A stretch of DNA of 64,000 nucleotides from a virus (Duplodnaviria > Caudoviricetes), in IMG/VR virus record IMGVR_UViG_2627853856_000004, positions 37,277 to 101,276 of that record; one strand, 5' to 3'. Below the pieces are notes generated by a model. It made no database searches and had not been told where the DNA came from. It saw only the letters and a program-made list of their open reading frames with translations. A program made the translations under genes and the position numbers. Shown piece by piece: positions 48,344-59,894 of this stretch; within the stretch, counting starts at the first letter, position 1; each line of letters begins with the position of its first letter.

Positions 48344-48775
48344 ATGCCTTATTTGGACGCAGACGAATACCGCCTGTGGGTCGGCAACGGGGCCGGCCCC
48401 GAGGTCTTCTATGAGGTGCAGGGCCAGAAGGGCCTGCGCTATCGCAAGTCGCGCGGGAAGGTGGACCAGACGGTCAAGAGTGATGATTATGAGGCGGCGC
48501 GACCCGGTCTGGGCTCCCTGGCGCTGTCGGTCGACCTGTCGCCGAAGCTGCCCGACGCGAACGGGTACAGCCGGCTTGAGACCGCCCATGGCGCCAAGAC
48601 GTTGCTGAATCTGCAGATCCGCAAGGGCGGCGACACCGGGACGGCCGACGATGCGGTCTTCGCGGTCGCCGCCTATGTGCAGGAGATCGGCCCGAACCTC
48701 GATCCGAAGACGGATGCGTCGGACAGCATCGTGTTCATGCCGAGCGGCGCGCCGACGATCGACGAGCTGGCGTGA
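48344..48775 (+). CDS. tail tube protein
   Basis: Gene order and size; ends SGAPT. Confidence 0.7.
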   Translation: MPYLDADEYRLWVGNGAGPEVFYEVQGQKGLRYRKSRGKVDQTVKSDDYEAARPGLGSLALSVDLSPKLPDANGYSRLETAHGAKTLLNLQIRKGGDTGTADDAVFAVAAYVQEIGPNLDPKTDASDSIVFMPSGAPTIDELA

Positions 48776-49200
48776 TGAGCGCGAACGAGATCCGGGGCGA
48801 GCAGGCAATCCTGCTCGATGGAATCACCCATGTGATGCGGCCGAGCTGGGCGGCGTTGCAGGCGATCGAGGACGCGACAGGGATGTCGATCGTCGAACTC
48901 GGCGCTCGCGCCGAGATGGGGCGGCTGCGCGGCCTGCAGATTGCGGTGGTCGTCACCGAATGCATCAAGGCGGATCTGCGTCATCACGGCAAAAGCCGCG
49001 AGGCCGACGCCTGGGATGTCAACGTAGTGGCTGCCAAGCTGATGGAGGCGGACGGCGGTCTCGTCGCCGCGATCAAGCAGCTACCGCCATTCCTGCGCGA
49101 TGCGGTGACCGGTAGGTATACCGCCAAGGGGGAAGCCAAGGCGGCGGTCGGGGATCCGGCGGGCGAAAGCCCGACGACCGGCACCCCCGCCGCCGCCTGA
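48772..49200 (+). CDS. tail assembly chaperone (GTA-gp10-like)
   Basis: ANEIRGE...MRPSWAALQAIEDATG. Confidence 0.75.
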   Translation: MMSANEIRGEQAILLDGITHVMRPSWAALQAIEDATGMSIVELGARAEMGRLRGLQIAVVVTECIKADLRHHGKSREADAWDVNVVAAKLMEADGGLVAAIKQLPPFLRDAVTGRYTAKGEAKAAVGDPAGESPTTGTPAAA

Positions 49201-49325
49201 TGGGCATCGCGATCCTCGACCTGCACTGGTCGGCGGATCAGTTCTGGAACAGCACACCGCACGAGTTTTTCAGCGCCGTGGAAATCGGCGAGGATCGCGC
49301 GGCGCAGCGTGGGAACGAAGACTGA
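49200..49325 (+). CDS. second tail chaperone/frameshift extension
   Basis: MGIAILDLHWSADQFWNSTPHEF; -1 frame is open from GGGGGAA at 49128. Confidence 0.7.
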   Translation: MGIAILDLHWSADQFWNSTPHEFFSAVEIGEDRAAQRGNED

Positions 49326-51028
49326 TGGCCGAGATCGACAAGGGGCTGGTCCTCCGTCTCGAAGCGACGACGCTGCTGCTTACGAAGCAGTTGCGTGAGG
49401 CGTCGACCGAGGTCGAGGGGTTCGCCAACCGGTCGAACCGCGCGATCACGACGTCGTCGGCGCAACAGCAAAATGCGGTCAAGAATCTTGGCTTCCAGTT
49501 CAACGATTTCCTCGTGCAGGTGCAGGGCGGCACGCCGATCCTGCGGGCCTTTTCGCAGCAGAGCGGGCAGGCCGCGGGCGCCTTGGCCGACATGGGAGGC
49601 AAAGCCGGCGCCACCGGGCGGTTCTTCTCGGGTATCCTCGGCGGCGGTATCCTCACCGTCACGACGCTGCTAGCCTCCTACCTGCTGTCGATGGGCGAGG
49701 CCAACGAAGCCCTCGACCTCGCCAAGGTCGGATCGACCGGGCTTGCCGATGCGCAATCCGCGCTCGGCGACATGTTCGACCTGACGTCCGGCAAGCTCAA
49801 GACGCAGAACGAGCTGCTCCGCGCCAACGCTCAGCTGACCTCCCTCAATCTGCGATCAGAGGCCGGCGCGGCGAAGGCGTCGTCGGGGAAGGCGTTCGGC
49901 AATGCGGGCGAGATCTCGGCATTGCCCTTTTTCTACAAGCCCGGCTCCAATGCCGATCAGTTCGCAGTGGTCGACGCTTTCCAGAAGGGCCGGATGTCCG
50001 CGCGCGATGCGCTCAAGCAGCTGGGCTCGCTCGGCGACAACGGCTTGAAGGTCAGCAACCGTGAGTTGCAGCAGGCCATCATCGACAGTCTGGCCGCGTC
50101 TGAAAAAGAGAAAATCGCCGATCTTATCGACCAGTCGCTCGATAGCGGGACATTGGCGGGGGGGGTTCGGCGGCCGGATTCCAAGAGGGGTAGAAAGGGC
50201 CGCACGTTCAGCGAGGATGATCGCTTTTATCAGTCGCTCGGGTTCAAGGATGCTGCCGATTTCAATGCTTCTGTCGCAAAATCGGCGAAGAGCATGGAGG
50301 AGACGCTCGCGAATACGATGCAGACCCTCGATCCGTTTCCTGCGGTAAGTGGCGGCTCGGACGCTTTCGAAAAGAGCATCGGCAAATCGATCGCAGGCGT
50401 CACCCAAGAGGTGCTGTCACTGAACGTCGCGCTCCAAGATGTCAGCACGCCGATGATGGACTTGCTCCAACAAATTCAGCGGGAAGGCGAGAACGCTGAG
50501 ATGGTGTTGAACGGGATCGCAGCGGACGCGCTTGAGGGGCTGGGCGATGGCATCGCAGACGCGATCACCGATGCGAAATCGCTCGGCGAAGCATTCAGTA
50601 ACGTAGCTGATCAGATCATCGCCGACCTGATCCGGATAGCGGTCCGTCAGGCGATCGTCGCCCCGTTGGCCGGGCTGCTCGGCTTGGGTGGTGGTGGCGG
50701 TGGCGTGCTGGCGGGGTTGCTTGGCTTCGCGGACGGCGGCGATCCCCCTGTGGGGACGCCGTTTATTGTCGGCGAGCGTGGCCCGGAAATCATGATGACC
50801 AAGTCGCCTACGACGGTAATCCCGAACCATCAGATCGGCGGCTTTGGTCGCGGCGGAACGACCATCTCGGTCGCGGTCGACGCTCGCGGTGCGACCGATC
50901 CGGCGATGGTGAAGGACGCGGCGGAGCGCGCCGTTCTTTCGGCCGCCCCTGCGTTGATTGCCGCCGCGCAGGGAAAGACCATGGCGGGGCTGCATCGGCG
51001 ATCGCTTCCGTCGGGAGCAGGCGGATGA
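49325..51028 (+). CDS. tail tape measure protein
   Basis: NLGFQFNDFLVQVQGG...QQ.GQ; FADGG...VGERGPE. Confidence 0.9.
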   Translation: MAEIDKGLVLRLEATTLLLTKQLREASTEVEGFANRSNRAITTSSAQQQNAVKNLGFQFNDFLVQVQGGTPILRAFSQQSGQAAGALADMGGKAGATGRFFSGILGGGILTVTTLLASYLLSMGEANEALDLAKVGSTGLADAQSALGDMFDLTSGKLKTQNELLRANAQLTSLNLRSEAGAAKASSGKAFGNAGEISALPFFYKPGSNADQFAVVDAFQKGRMSARDALKQLGSLGDNGLKVSNRELQQAIIDSLAASEKEKIADLIDQSLDSGTLAGGVRRPDSKRGRKGRTFSEDDRFYQSLGFKDAADFNASVAKSAKSMEETLANTMQTLDPFPAVSGGSDAFEKSIGKSIAGVTQEVLSLNVALQDVSTPMMDLLQQIQREGENAEMVLNGIAADALEGLGDGIADAITDAKSLGEAFSNVADQIIADLIRIAVRQAIVAPLAGLLGLGGGGGGVLAGLLGFADGGDPPVGTPFIVGERGPEIMMTKSPTTVIPNHQIGGFGRGGTTISVAVDARGATDPAMVKDAAERAVLSAAPALIAAAQGKTMAGLHRRSLPSGAGG

Positions 51029-51621
51029 CGACGATCAGCTTTCCAACCCAGCCCGGCATCGCCGAGATCCGCTGGACGCCGCCTGCCAAGACACAGGTCA
51101 ACATGTCCGAGTGGAGCGACCGTCGGCGGATCACGAAATTCACCCATGCGCGGTGGAAAGCATCGATCGCCTTGCCGTCCATCGTCGGCGAGGCCGACTT
51201 CCTGGAATGGCGCGCCTTCCTGCTCGCCTGCGAGGGCCGCGCGAATAGTTTCCGAATCGTTGCCGTCGAGAATTCCCAGAATGCCCAGGCTGCGGTGCGG
51301 GTCAACGGCGGCGGGCAGACGGGGCTTGCCCTGGTCACCGATGGCTGGGCCGGCGCAGGCGCCGCTTTGAAGAAGGGACAGCTCATCACCGTGAACGACC
51401 AGTTGATCGGGATCTCCGCCGACGTGGCGATCGGCGGGGGCGGCAGCGCGACGCTGCCGCTGAGTCGCCGCCTGCGCATCAGCCCCGCCGATAACACGCT
51501 GGTCGAGGTGCGCCTGCCGACGGCGCTGATGGCGATGGACGACGACGATCTGCCTTATGCCGTCTCGCCGGCGCAGCTCTACGGCGTTTCCTTCGCGTGT
51601 TCCGAGGTGTTCGACGGATGA
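51025..51621 (+). CDS. distal tail protein
   Basis: Follows the tape measure gene; GRANSF. Confidence 0.65.
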   Translation: MTTISFPTQPGIAEIRWTPPAKTQVNMSEWSDRRRITKFTHARWKASIALPSIVGEADFLEWRAFLLACEGRANSFRIVAVENSQNAQAAVRVNGGGQTGLALVTDGWAGAGAALKKGQLITVNDQLIGISADVAIGGGGSATLPLSRRLRISPADNTLVEVRLPTALMAMDDDDLPYAVSPAQLYGVSFACSEVFDG

Positions 51622-52277
51622 GCACCCGCCCCGACGCTACCGCCCAGGCGGAACTGAACCAGTCGGTGAACGAGCCGGGCTATTGCGCTTTCCTCGATCT
51701 CGATGGCGATCCGCTGCGCGTCACGACGGCGCCCTATAGCATGACGTTCGCCGGGACCGGCGATACGCAGCTCGATGGGCACACGTTCGATGCGCAGGAC
51801 GGCCTGCTAATGCGGGTTGCGCCAGTCGAGATGAAGGAGGGCGGTGGGTCCACCGTCACGGTCACCATGTCGGGGCTGATGGGGATCGACAGCGATACGC
51901 TCAACATCATCGGCGATAAATCGAAATGGCAGGGCCGCGAAGTCGTGCTGTGGGCGATGATGCTCGATCCCTACGGCGACCGCATCGGCAACATCTGGTC
52001 CTATTATCGCGGCTATATGACGGTCCCAAGGATCGTCGGCGATCGCAGCGAACAGACGATCGTGATGACGATCGAAAGCTGGCTCAATTTCATGTCGCAG
52101 CCCAGCGGCCGGACATGGCTCGCGCAGAAGCGTTACGATGCAGGCGACATGAGCGCCGAGGCTTCCATCGCGATCGCGAATGGAACGAAGGGCAACGCGC
52201 TCGGTCCTTCGGCACCCTATCTCGACTGGTCAAAGGGGTTCGCCGGCGCGCTGGATTATGCACGGGCGATCACATGA
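51618..52277 (+). CDS. tail hub/minor tail protein
   Basis: Gene order. Confidence 0.6.
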   Translation: MSTRPDATAQAELNQSVNEPGYCAFLDLDGDPLRVTTAPYSMTFAGTGDTQLDGHTFDAQDGLLMRVAPVEMKEGGGSTVTVTMSGLMGIDSDTLNIIGDKSKWQGREVVLWAMMLDPYGDRIGNIWSYYRGYMTVPRIVGDRSEQTIVMTIESWLNFMSQPSGRTWLAQKRYDAGDMSAEASIAIANGTKGNALGPSAPYLDWSKGFAGALDYARAIT

Positions 52278-52696
52278 CGCGGCATCATGACTGGGAAACG
52301 CGCCTCGGAGCCTATCTCCGGGAGTGCCGGGACGTGCCGTTCGCCTGGGGCAAGCATGACTGCTGCACCTTTGTCGGCGGCGCGGTGCTGGCGATGACCG
52401 GGGTCGATCATATCGCAGCTTTCCGCGGCCATTATCGCACGGCGCGTGGCGCGGCGCGTGCGCTGCGACGGTTCGGCCGAGGAACGCTGGTGAAAACCGT
52501 CACGTCCAAGGCGAAGCCGATCAAGGTGGCGCTCGCGCAGCGCGGTGATGTGGTGCTGGTCGACGACGGCCAGGGCGGCGAAGCCGTCGCGATCGTGCTC
52601 GGTGCTTTCGCTGTCGGTGTAGGCGCACATGGCGATCAGGAGGGGCTTATCAAGATCGAGCGCGCGGCGTGGCGCCGTGCCTGGCGGGTGAACTGA
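52274..52696 (+). CDS. NlpC/P60-like tail protein
   Basis: PFAWGKHDCC.F...AMTG.D...AQRGDVV. Confidence 0.75.
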   Translation: MTRHHDWETRLGAYLRECRDVPFAWGKHDCCTFVGGAVLAMTGVDHIAAFRGHYRTARGAARALRRFGRGTLVKTVTSKAKPIKVALAQRGDVVLVDDGQGGEAVAIVLGAFAVGVGAHGDQEGLIKIERAAWRRAWRVN

Positions 52697-55179
52697 TGTC
52701 GAAGGTTCTGAAACCCCTTCTGATCGTCGCGGCAGTTGCCGTGGCCTTCATCCCGGGCGTGGGCACGGCGCTCAGTGTTGCCTTATGGACGAGCACCAGC
52801 CTTGGGCTCGCTGCTGCTGCGGCAATACCCGGCCTGATCATTGCCGCAGGAGCAGCTGCGGGCCTGTCGATCGCCAGCAACGCGCTCCTTAAGGTGCCAC
52901 GATCGCCGCTGGGTCAGCTCGACCGATTGAACGCGTCGGTAATACCCGGTGCATATCGTCCGGCGGTGTTCGGCACGACGGCGCTCGCTACCGATATCCG
53001 GTATACCGAGCCATGGGGCGCCGAGCAGGAGTACGTCGATTATATCATCGGCTGCGCGGCGCATAAGGTCACATCGATCGACGAGATCTGGATCGAGGAC
53101 CGCAAGGCATGGTCGGCGACAGGCGGTGTGATTGGCGATTTCGTCGGCTACCTGACCGCGGAGACGCGCCTCGAAGGGACCGCCGCCAACACGATCGCGA
53201 TCAATGGCGGCGGCAAATGGGGTGCGACGCGTCGGCTGACCGGCTGCGCCTATATCCATCTCCGCGTGAAGCGCACGGGTAATACCAAAAAGGCCGAAAG
53301 CCCCTTCGCGGGAGGGCTCGCGTCGCGTCTTACGATCCGCGGCAAAGGCATGGCGCTTTACGATCCGCGGCGCGACAGCACCGCGGGCGGTAGTGGATCC
53401 ATGCGGGCGAATGATCAGTCGACGTGGAGCTTTGCGCCATCGGGAAGCGAGATCGGCAACAATACTGCGTTGCAGATCCTTACTTATTATCTGGGCTGGC
53501 GGATCAACGGCCTGATCTCGGTCGGGTGCGGAATCCCGCCGTCTAAACTAGACATGGCGTCGTTCATCACTGCAGCGAACCTATGCGACGAACTCGTTGC
53601 AAAATCGGCCGGCGGCACGGAGCCGCGCTACCGTTCGGCGGCGGTCGTTACCGAGGGCGACGACCCTTCGGCGGCGATGTCGGCGCTGCTATCGGCCTGC
53701 AATGGGCGCCTCCGCGACAATGACGGCAGGATTACACTGACGATCATGCATAATGATCTGGCGGCGACCGCACTCGACGACGGGCTCGACGACGACGATG
53801 TGCTCGGCCCTTTCCAGTGGGATCCCGACCCCGCGCTCAACGATCAATATAATATAGCGCGGGGCAGGTATATCGATGCATCCGACGCATCGCTCTATCA
53901 GCCGGTCGACTATCCCGAGGTCAGCCTCGCGTCTATCGACGGTTTTGACCGCGTACTGTCGCTGGATCTGCTGACCGTAGAAAGTCCGAGCCAAGTCCAG
54001 CGCATCGCCAAGCAAGTGCTGCAGCGCAAGCAATATGACCGGCGCTTTACGGCGACATTCAGCAACCGGGCTTGGAAATATCAGGTCGGCGATCCCCTGC
54101 CCTTTACGTTCAGCGCCCTGGGGTTCGACCGGGCTCTATTCCGGGTCGAAGCCAAAACGATGAATTACGACGGCACCTGCCCGATGGTGCTGACCTTCGA
54201 GCATGAAGACATCTACGCCTGGGACGCGAGCGACGCGGCCCCGGTCGTCGCGGCGGATCCGACGCTCTACGATCCGCTCAACGATCCCTATATCCTCGGG
54301 ATCGGCGAAGCGCTGGCTGCCGCCATTCAGGCGATCGCCGACGCCGCCAACGCCCAGGACACCGCCGACGGCAAGATCGACACCTATTATCAGACGGCGG
54401 CGCCGACAGGCGCGAGCGAGGGCGATCTCTGGTTCGACACAGACGACACGAACAAGCTCTATGTCCGGCGAAGCGGGGCCTGGGTATTGGCGGCCGATAC
54501 GCGGGTCGCGCTGGCGATCACAAACGCGGCCGGCGCGCAGGCGACCGCAGATGGCAAGGTCACTACCTTCTACACGACGGCGACGCCGACGGCGACCGCG
54601 CTCGGGGACCTTTGGTATAGCAGTTCCACGAACCGGTTGCGGCGCTGGAACGGTTCGACATGGGTCGACGTCGCGACGGTAGGCGCGAACTGGTCCACCA
54701 ATCTTACGAACATCCCGACCGCTATCAGCGATGGACGGGTCGATGCCGGGCTTAATTCGGACGGCACGATCAAAACCGATCGCGTGACGACGCTGTCGGT
54801 GGACGTTGGGGCGCTCGTCGTGCGCGCCGCTGCGCAGCCGGCGGGATCGACGGCCGGCACCGGCGCCAACATCAACGTCTGCACGATAAACGTCTATGTG
54901 CCGATCGACGCGTCGGTCCTGATCACCGCGACCGGGGCACAGAACTACGTTGGAGGCACTCCCGACCACGAACTGGACGTCACGGTCAACGGCGTAGTGC
55001 AGGGCTGGGGCAGCTCGGGCGGAGCGGGCGACTATCAGGCGGTCTGTGCGGCGGGCGCTCTGGTCACTTTGGCCGGCGGCGCGACGCATACGATCCGGGC
55101 GCGATGGCGCGGCGGAGCGGCCCAAATCATTCTCACCGACCTTCTCCTGGCGGTGGACGCAGCAATGAGGAATGGCTGA
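52696..55179 (+). CDS. tail tip/central fibre protein
   Basis: YDPRRDS, FITAANLCDE, DGKIDTYYQ...GDLW repeats. Confidence 0.85.
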   Translation: MSKVLKPLLIVAAVAVAFIPGVGTALSVALWTSTSLGLAAAAAIPGLIIAAGAAAGLSIASNALLKVPRSPLGQLDRLNASVIPGAYRPAVFGTTALATDIRYTEPWGAEQEYVDYIIGCAAHKVTSIDEIWIEDRKAWSATGGVIGDFVGYLTAETRLEGTAANTIAINGGGKWGATRRLTGCAYIHLRVKRTGNTKKAESPFAGGLASRLTIRGKGMALYDPRRDSTAGGSGSMRANDQSTWSFAPSGSEIGNNTALQILTYYLGWRINGLISVGCGIPPSKLDMASFITAANLCDELVAKSAGGTEPRYRSAAVVTEGDDPSAAMSALLSACNGRLRDNDGRITLTIMHNDLAATALDDGLDDDDVLGPFQWDPDPALNDQYNIARGRYIDASDASLYQPVDYPEVSLASIDGFDRVLSLDLLTVESPSQVQRIAKQVLQRKQYDRRFTATFSNRAWKYQVGDPLPFTFSALGFDRALFRVEAKTMNYDGTCPMVLTFEHEDIYAWDASDAAPVVAADPTLYDPLNDPYILGIGEALAAAIQAIADAANAQDTADGKIDTYYQTAAPTGASEGDLWFDTDDTNKLYVRRSGAWVLAADTRVALAITNAAGAQATADGKVTTFYTTATPTATALGDLWYSSSTNRLRRWNGSTWVDVATVGANWSTNLTNIPTAISDGRVDAGLNSDGTIKTDRVTTLSVDVGALVVRAAAQPAGSTAGTGANINVCTINVYVPIDASVLITATGAQNYVGGTPDHELDVTVNGVVQGWGSSGGAGDYQAVCAAGALVTLAGGATHTIRARWRGGAAQIILTDLLLAVDAAMRNG

Positions 55180-55697
55180 TGGACGATTATCTGATCTATG
55201 ATCCCGATGCGAACGAGGTCCATCTTCGATCGATGCGGCCGGAGCAATTGCCCTTCAATACCGAGGGCGGGACATGGCCTGCGGTCAAGCTTGACGGAAA
55301 GTATCGCACGATCAGCTTCGTCGATGGCGTGCCGGTCGAGACATTCGATCTGGACGCCGTGCGTAACCCGGTCCTGCGTCTAGTCGAAGCGCGGGCCGAT
55401 GCGCTCATCGCGCCGCTGCTCGCGACGGGCGTCCGAGCGGCCGTCTATGATGCGAAGGTCACGGAAGCCGGCAATCTGGACGCGCCCACCCCGCTGCTCG
55501 ACGCAGAAGCCCAAGCGATGGGCGTCACCACGCCTGAACTCGCGGAGCAGGTGCTTGCGAACGTTGCTGAAAGCTTCACGGACCGCGAGGCGATCGGCGC
55601 GATCGAGGCGGAACGGCGAACCGCTAAGGCCAGCATCATCGTCGCCGCGGGGTTGCCCGAGATCATGCTGGCCGCGCGCGCGGCCGGTGTCGCCTGA
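55179..55697 (+). CDS. tail-associated hypothetical protein
   Basis: TGATG coupling; PLLDAEA. Confidence 0.6.
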   Translation: MDDYLIYDPDANEVHLRSMRPEQLPFNTEGGTWPAVKLDGKYRTISFVDGVPVETFDLDAVRNPVLRLVEARADALIAPLLATGVRAAVYDAKVTEAGNLDAPTPLLDAEAQAMGVTTPELAEQVLANVAESFTDREAIGAIEAERRTAKASIIVAAGLPEIMLAARAAGVA

Positions 55698-55717
55698 TCT
55701 ACTGCCCGGAGACCGTC

Positions 55718-56455
55718 ATGACCTCGATCGCCCCTCACTTCAATTATGCGGGCGACGCCGCCGTGTTCGCGGGGGAGCCGCTCGTCGTCGTGCTCACGCT
55801 ACTGTCTGAGGAAGGCGGCGCGCCGATCGAACTGACCGGCCGCACCTTCGTCATGGCGGCTTTTCGGGGCAAGACGCTGGACGTGCTGGCAAGCGTCAAG
55901 GGCGAGGGTGACGGCGATGTGGCGCAGCTCGCGTTCACGGGCGCGCAGACGCTGTCTATGTACGCCGCCGGCCGGGCGACCAGCCTGCGGTTGCAGATCT
56001 TCGAAGCGCTCGCGGTCGATAACGACGGTGAAGTGTTGAGCCGCAGCATGTTGAGCAGCGGGGCATTGACCGTGTTGGCGTCGCCGGCGCTGGCGGCCGA
56101 CGCTACGCTGGACGTGCAGACCAATGCGCAGCCCTATGTCGCCGTCACGATCATCCAGGCGGCGAACGAGGTGCAGTTCGTCGAACGTGGCGCGCCGGCC
56201 GACCTGTCGGCCTTCGGCTTCCCGGTCGGCGCGGTGCCCGCCTATGCGGTGCTGATCGCACTCGCCGACGCGGAAAAGTTGCAGGACATCCGCGACAATA
56301 TCCCGGCCGACATCAACGATGAGGTGGCGATCCGCTGGAACGCCGGCGCGCCCATCAAACCCGGCGATGCGATGGCCGAATTCATTCAGGACACGCTCGC
56401 CTATTCCGACGGTCAAATGACCGCGCTGTTCACGGCGGCTGTCGCCTCCGTTTAA
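55718..56455 (+). CDS. tail-associated hypothetical protein
   Basis: GGAG RBS, 245 aa. Confidence 0.6.
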   Translation: MTSIAPHFNYAGDAAVFAGEPLVVVLTLLSEEGGAPIELTGRTFVMAAFRGKTLDVLASVKGEGDGDVAQLAFTGAQTLSMYAAGRATSLRLQIFEALAVDNDGEVLSRSMLSSGALTVLASPALAADATLDVQTNAQPYVAVTIIQAANEVQFVERGAPADLSAFGFPVGAVPAYAVLIALADAEKLQDIRDNIPADINDEVAIRWNAGAPIKPGDAMAEFIQDTLAYSDGQMTALFTAAVASV

Positions 56456-56471
56456 GTCGAAGGACCATAAT

Positions 56472-59400
56472 ATGCGAAAGATCTTCGCGGCGATCCTTGC
56501 CGCCACGGTGTCGGTTGCGCTGCTCGCGCAGACCGCCCAGGTCGTGCCCCAGCTCGGCATCGACAAGTCGGGCACCTGCCGCCGCCTGACTGTGTATGAT
56601 TCGACCAAGGCCGGCGCCGACAAGATGGTCGAGGTCGGATGCCTCGACGGATCGAACGCCTGGACGCCGGCGCGGATCAAGACGGTCAACGGCAACGTCA
56701 TCACCGGCTCGGGCGATGTAGGGGTCGGCACGGTCACCAGCGTCGCCGCGCCAACGATCGGCACAAGCGGCACCGACATCGCCGCATCCATCGCCACAGC
56801 GACAACGACGCCGGCGATCACGCTCAACATCCCCACGGCCTCCGCCACAAATCGGGGGGCGGTGTCGGCAACCGACTGGTCGACGTTCAACGCCAAGCAG
56901 GCGGCGCTCGTCTCAGGCACCAATATTCGGACCGTCAACGGTTCCTCACTGCTGGGCTCGGGCAATGTCGGGGTGGGCACCGTCACCAGCGTCGCCGCGC
57001 CGACGATCGGCACCAGCGGCACCGATATAACCGCGTCGATCGCCAACGGCACCACCGCGCCCGCGATCACGCTCAATATCCCTACGGCGTCAGCCAGCAA
57101 TCGCGGCGCATTGTCCGCGGCCGACTTCTCGACATTCGCGGCGAAGCAGGCCGCTCTCGTCTCGGGCACGAATATCAAGACGGTCGGCGGTGTCTCGCTG
57201 CTCGGATCCGGGGACGCCGGCACGATCGGCGTTGCTTATGGCGGTACCGGCGTCACCTCGTCGACGGGGTCAGGGAGCAACGTCCTCTCGATCAGCCCCG
57301 CGCTGGTAACGCCTGCGCTCGGTACGCCCTCCGCCGCGGTGTTGACCAACGCTATCGGACTGCCGCTGTCGACCGGCGTGACCGGCACGCTGCCAGTCGC
57401 AAACGGCGGCACCGGCGTCACCGGCTCGACCGGCACGGGATCGGTGGTGCTGTCGAACAGCCCGACGCTGGTGACTCCGGCGCTCGGCACGCCGGCATCG
57501 GGCGTGGCGACCAATCTCACCGGCACCGCCAGCGGCCTTACCGCCGGCACCGTGACGACCAATGCTAACCTCACCGGCGTGATCACCTCGGTCGGCAATG
57601 CGACCTCGATCGCGTCGCAGACCGGCACGGGTAGCAAGTTCGTCGTCGATACCAGCCCGACGCTGGTCACGCCGAACATCGGCACGCCCTCGGCCGGCGT
57701 GCTGACCAACGCTACCGGGCTTCCGCTGACGACCGGCGTGACTGGCACATTGCCCGTCGCGAACGGCGGCACGGGTGTCACCGGCTCGACCGGCACCGGA
57801 TCCGTGGTGCTGTCGAACAGCCCCACGCTCGTGACGCCGGCGCTCGGCACGCCGGCATCGGGCGTGGCGACCAATCTCACCGGCACCGCCAGCGGCCTTA
57901 CCGCCGGCACCGTGACGACCAATGCTAACCTCACCGGCGTGATCACCTCGGTCGGCAATGCGACCTCGATCGCGTCGCAGACCGGCACGGGTAGCAAGTT
58001 CGTCGTCGATACCAGCCCGACGCTGGTCACGCCGAACATCGGCACGCCCTCGGCCGGCGTGCTGACCAACACCACGGGCCTGCCGCTCACGACCGGGGTG
58101 ACCGGTACCTTGCCTGTGGCAAACGGCGGGACGGGCGTGACCAGCTCCACCGGGTCCGGCTCAAATGTTCTTAGCACCTCTCCGACGCTGGTTACGCCGG
58201 CGCTGGGCACACCCTCGGCCGCGGTGCTGACCAACGCGACCGGCCTGCCGCTCACGACCGGGGTGACCGGAACCTTGCCTGTCGCGAACGGCGGTACCGG
58301 GGTCGGCTCCTATACTGCCGGCCGGATCCTGTACTCCTCGAGCACCACCGCGCTCAGCGGCTCCACCGCCTTCGTCCATGACGGCACGACCCTCGCCCTC
58401 GGCATATCGGCTTCTTCGGATTACCTGTTCCGGTTCGCGGGATCGATAACCGGCGGAACCAGCGCGCTTGGTATCTACATGGCGCCGACGATCCAGTCCG
58501 GGGTCACGGCATCGGCCGGCCTGTTCCGCTCGAACGCAACAGTCGCTGCCGCGTCCTTCACCATGACCCATCTGTCCCATTTCTGGGCCGAACAGGGCGC
58601 GATCGGAGCGGGCGCAACCGTTACCAACCAATATGGCTTTCGCGTCGGCGACAGCCTGACGGGCGCGACCAACAATTACGGCTTCTATGGCGATATTCCC
58701 GCCACGTCCGGCCGTTATAATCTGTACATGAGCGGTACTGCCGCCAATTATCTCGCCGGCCCTCTCGGTATCGGGACGACCGGCCTGACCGCATATCGTG
58801 TGCGCGTAGCCGGCAACGCGACCGGCGCGTCCAACGCCTTCGGAATTAGCGCGGAGCCGACCGTCCAGTCCGGCGTCACGACATCGTTCAACAACTTTTA
58901 TTCCAGTCCCTCGACCCAGGCGGCGAGCTTCACTGTTGGTAATTTTCGCCATTTCTACGTCGAACCCGGGGTGATCGGGTCCGGATCCGCACTCAGCAAT
59001 CAATATGGCTTTGCAGTAGCGTCATCGATGACGAACGGCGTCAGCAATTATGCCTTCCGCGTCGAGAATATCGGCGGCGCCAGCGCCACGACCGGCAAGA
59101 CCATGTACGCATTCTCATCCGCGGTGGATGTGGCAACCGGCGGCGGCGCGGCCTTCAATATCTACGCACCCGGCACTGCGCCGAACTATTTTGCCGGAGA
59201 CATGCGCTTCGACAAGACCATCACGGCGGCCGCGACGACCGGCGCGCAGACGATCAACAAGAACGCCGGTTCGGTGAACTTCGCCGCAGCTGCGACTTCG
59301 CTGGTCGTCACGAACGACCGGGTGACGGTCAACAGCATCCTGCAATGCACGGTCGCCGCCAACGACAACACGATGAAATCGGTTGCCTGTGTCGCCGGCG

Positions 59401-59474
59401 CCGGCAGTTTCACCATGTACGCCAACGCCGCCGCGAACGCCGAAACGCGGGTTAACTTCCTCGTCATCAACTAA
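56472..59474 (+). CDS. Thr/Gly-rich repeat tail-fibre-like protein with a signal-peptide-like N-terminus
   Basis: [12 protein letters not shown] repeats; 80- and 120-aa tandem units. Confidence 0.75.
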   Translation: MRKIFAAILAATVSVALLAQTAQVVPQLGIDKSGTCRRLTVYDSTKAGADKMVEVGCLDGSNAWTPARIKTVNGNVITGSGDVGVGTVTSVAAPTIGTSGTDIAASIATATTTPAITLNIPTASATNRGAVSATDWSTFNAKQAALVSGTNIRTVNGSSLLGSGNVGVGTVTSVAAPTIGTSGTDITASIANGTTAPAITLNIPTASASNRGALSAADFSTFAAKQAALVSGTNIKTVGGVSLLGSGDAGTIGVAYGGTGVTSSTGSGSNVLSISPALVTPALGTPSAAVLTNAIGLPLSTGVTGTLPVANGGTGVTGSTGTGSVVLSNSPTLVTPALGTPASGVATNLTGTASGLTAGTVTTNANLTGVITSVGNATSIASQTGTGSKFVVDTSPTLVTPNIGTPSAGVLTNATGLPLTTGVTGTLPVANGGTGVTGSTGTGSVVLSNSPTLVTPALGTPASGVATNLTGTASGLTAGTVTTNANLTGVITSVGNATSIASQTGTGSKFVVDTSPTLVTPNIGTPSAGVLTNTTGLPLTTGVTGTLPVANGGTGVTSSTGSGSNVLSTSPTLVTPALGTPSAAVLTNATGLPLTTGVTGTLPVANGGTGVGSYTAGRILYSSSTTALSGSTAFVHDGTTLALGISASSDYLFRFAGSITGGTSALGIYMAPTIQSGVTASAGLFRSNATVAAASFTMTHLSHFWAEQGAIGAGATVTNQYGFRVGDSLTGATNNYGFYGDIPATSGRYNLYMSGTAANYLAGPLGIGTTGLTAYRVRVAGNATGASNAFGISAEPTVQSGVTTSFNNFYSSPSTQAASFTVGNFRHFYVEPGVIGSGSALSNQYGFAVASSMTNGVSNYAFRVENIGGASATTGKTMYAFSSAVDVATGGGAAFNIYAPGTAPNYFAGDMRFDKTITAAATTGAQTINKNAGSVNFAAAATSLVVTNDRVTVNSILQCTVAANDNTMKSVACVAGAGSFTMYANAAANAETRVNFLVIN
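57477..58070 (+). repeat. identical 234-bp direct repeat with a 360-bp period
   Basis: 57477-57710 is identical to 57837-58070. Confidence 0.85.
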
Positions 59475-59485
59475 GGAATTGGATC

Positions 59486-59833
59486 ATGCCGATCACCTAC
59501 GACTGGAGCCTGCAGGGCCCCGGCTCACTTGAATGCGTGCCCGAGCTCAACGGGCAGGAAAATGTCGTCAGGACCGTCCACTGGCGCCTGACCGGCAGCG
59601 ACGGGACGTTTAGCGGTGTGACCGTTGGCTCCCAGAAGCTGGACAACCCGGAAGGCGATTTCACGCCCTATGCTGAGCTGACGCTCGATCAGGTGATCGG
59701 ATGGGCCAAGGATGCGATGGGCGCGCCGCTCGTCGCGCTGAAGGAGAGCGCCGTCGCCGATCAGATCGCGGTGCAGGCGAACCGCCCGATGATCGCACCT
59801 CCGCTGCCATGGGAACAGCCGCCAGAGGCCTGA
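59486..59833 (+). CDS. fibre-associated hypothetical protein
   Basis: NVVRTVHW...FTPYAELT..QVIGW...PLPW. Confidence 0.7.
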   Translation: MPITYDWSLQGPGSLECVPELNGQENVVRTVHWRLTGSDGTFSGVTVGSQKLDNPEGDFTPYAELTLDQVIGWAKDAMGAPLVALKESAVADQIAVQANRPMIAPPLPWEQPPEA

Positions 59834-59894
59834 CGACTAGCACTGCCAATCCACGACCCGCCACATGCGGGTTGTTAAATGCCGGGGGGTTAAC

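Noticed and set aside
56680-58300. Repeats as a CRISPR array or DGR template/variable pair
   Set aside because: They are in-frame protein repeats with no spacers, and no cas or reverse transcriptase gene is seen in the window.
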